DNA of 64,000 nucleotides from a virus. Both the position numbers and the translations under genes were made by a program. Below the pieces are notes generated by a model, which saw only the letters and a list, made by a program, of their open reading frames with translations, had not been told where the DNA came from and searched no databases. Location of the stretch: positions 32,001 through 96,000 of the IMG/VR virus record IMGVR_UViG_3300045738_002140, one strand, 5' to 3'. Below, piece after piece: positions 63,840-64,000 of the stretch (positions within the stretch are counted from its first letter, which is position 1; every line of letters starts with the position of its first letter).

Positions 63840-64000
63840 AAATAAAATATTTACTTTTTTTCTATAATTTAAAAGAAAATTTTTTAAAAAACGCTCTAGG
63901 GTGGATAGGAGCCTCACTGGTCTTATTCGGGTACGTGCTAAATGCTCAAAAAATGCCTATATCTTGGCTTATTTGGGTTGTTGGCAACGCCATGGTGGGC
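63836..64000 (+). CDS. Membrane protein, truncated by the window edge
   Basis: ...ALGWIGASLVLFGYVLNA...SWLIWVVGN. Confidence 0.65.
   Translation, partial: MKIKYLLFFYNLKENFLKNALGWIGASLVLFGYVLNAQKMPISWLIWVVGNAMVG

Noticed and set aside
1-64000. CRISPR array, integrase/transposase, reverse transcriptase, introns or inteins
   Set aside because: No repeat-spacer pattern or relevant motifs seen; DnaE, DnaB, RecA and NrdA have uninterrupted, normal-length cores.
1-64000. Stop-codon reassignment
   Set aside because: Genes are full length under the standard code, all three stops are used, and neither tRNA is a suppressor.

Overview
A gene-dense segment (standard genetic code) of what is almost certainly a large dsDNA bacteriophage. 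There are no ribosomal or other cellular housekeeping genes and no virion genes in the window. A PVC-superphylum (e.g. Verrucomicrobia) host is a weak inference from the Chlamydia-type RNR beta subunit. The left arm (1-37.1 kb, minus strand) holds a replication/recombination module: Pol III split into PHP, exonuclease and polymerase genes, a Cas4-like nuclease, primase, DnaB and RecA. It also holds a tmRNA, two tRNAs, a PLP decarboxylase, a large nucleotide-sugar/glycosyltransferase block, a class Ic-type RNR, a sigma factor and nucleotide-metabolism genes. The right arm (37.2-64 kb, mostly plus strand) holds dUTPase, a secreted protease, a signal peptidase, glycan-tailoring enzymes, Hsp20, a cell-wall hydrolase and a putative lysine-catabolism module. 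The most unusual signals are at the RNA level: (i) a ~350-nt ORF-free, highly paired element with its own promoter and terminator (38.98-39.33 kb); (ii) a tmRNA whose 35-residue tag ends in -LLVE rather than -AA; (iii) two tRNAs that share their terminal bases with the start and stop codons of the enclosed two-gene cassette; (iv) a ~140-nt pseudoknotted small RNA candidate at 53.0 kb; (v) a recurrent GTGTAA promoter-like motif. An unannotated metallothionein-like lipopeptide is also present. All calls come from reading motifs and base pairing by eye; no database search or folding program was run.
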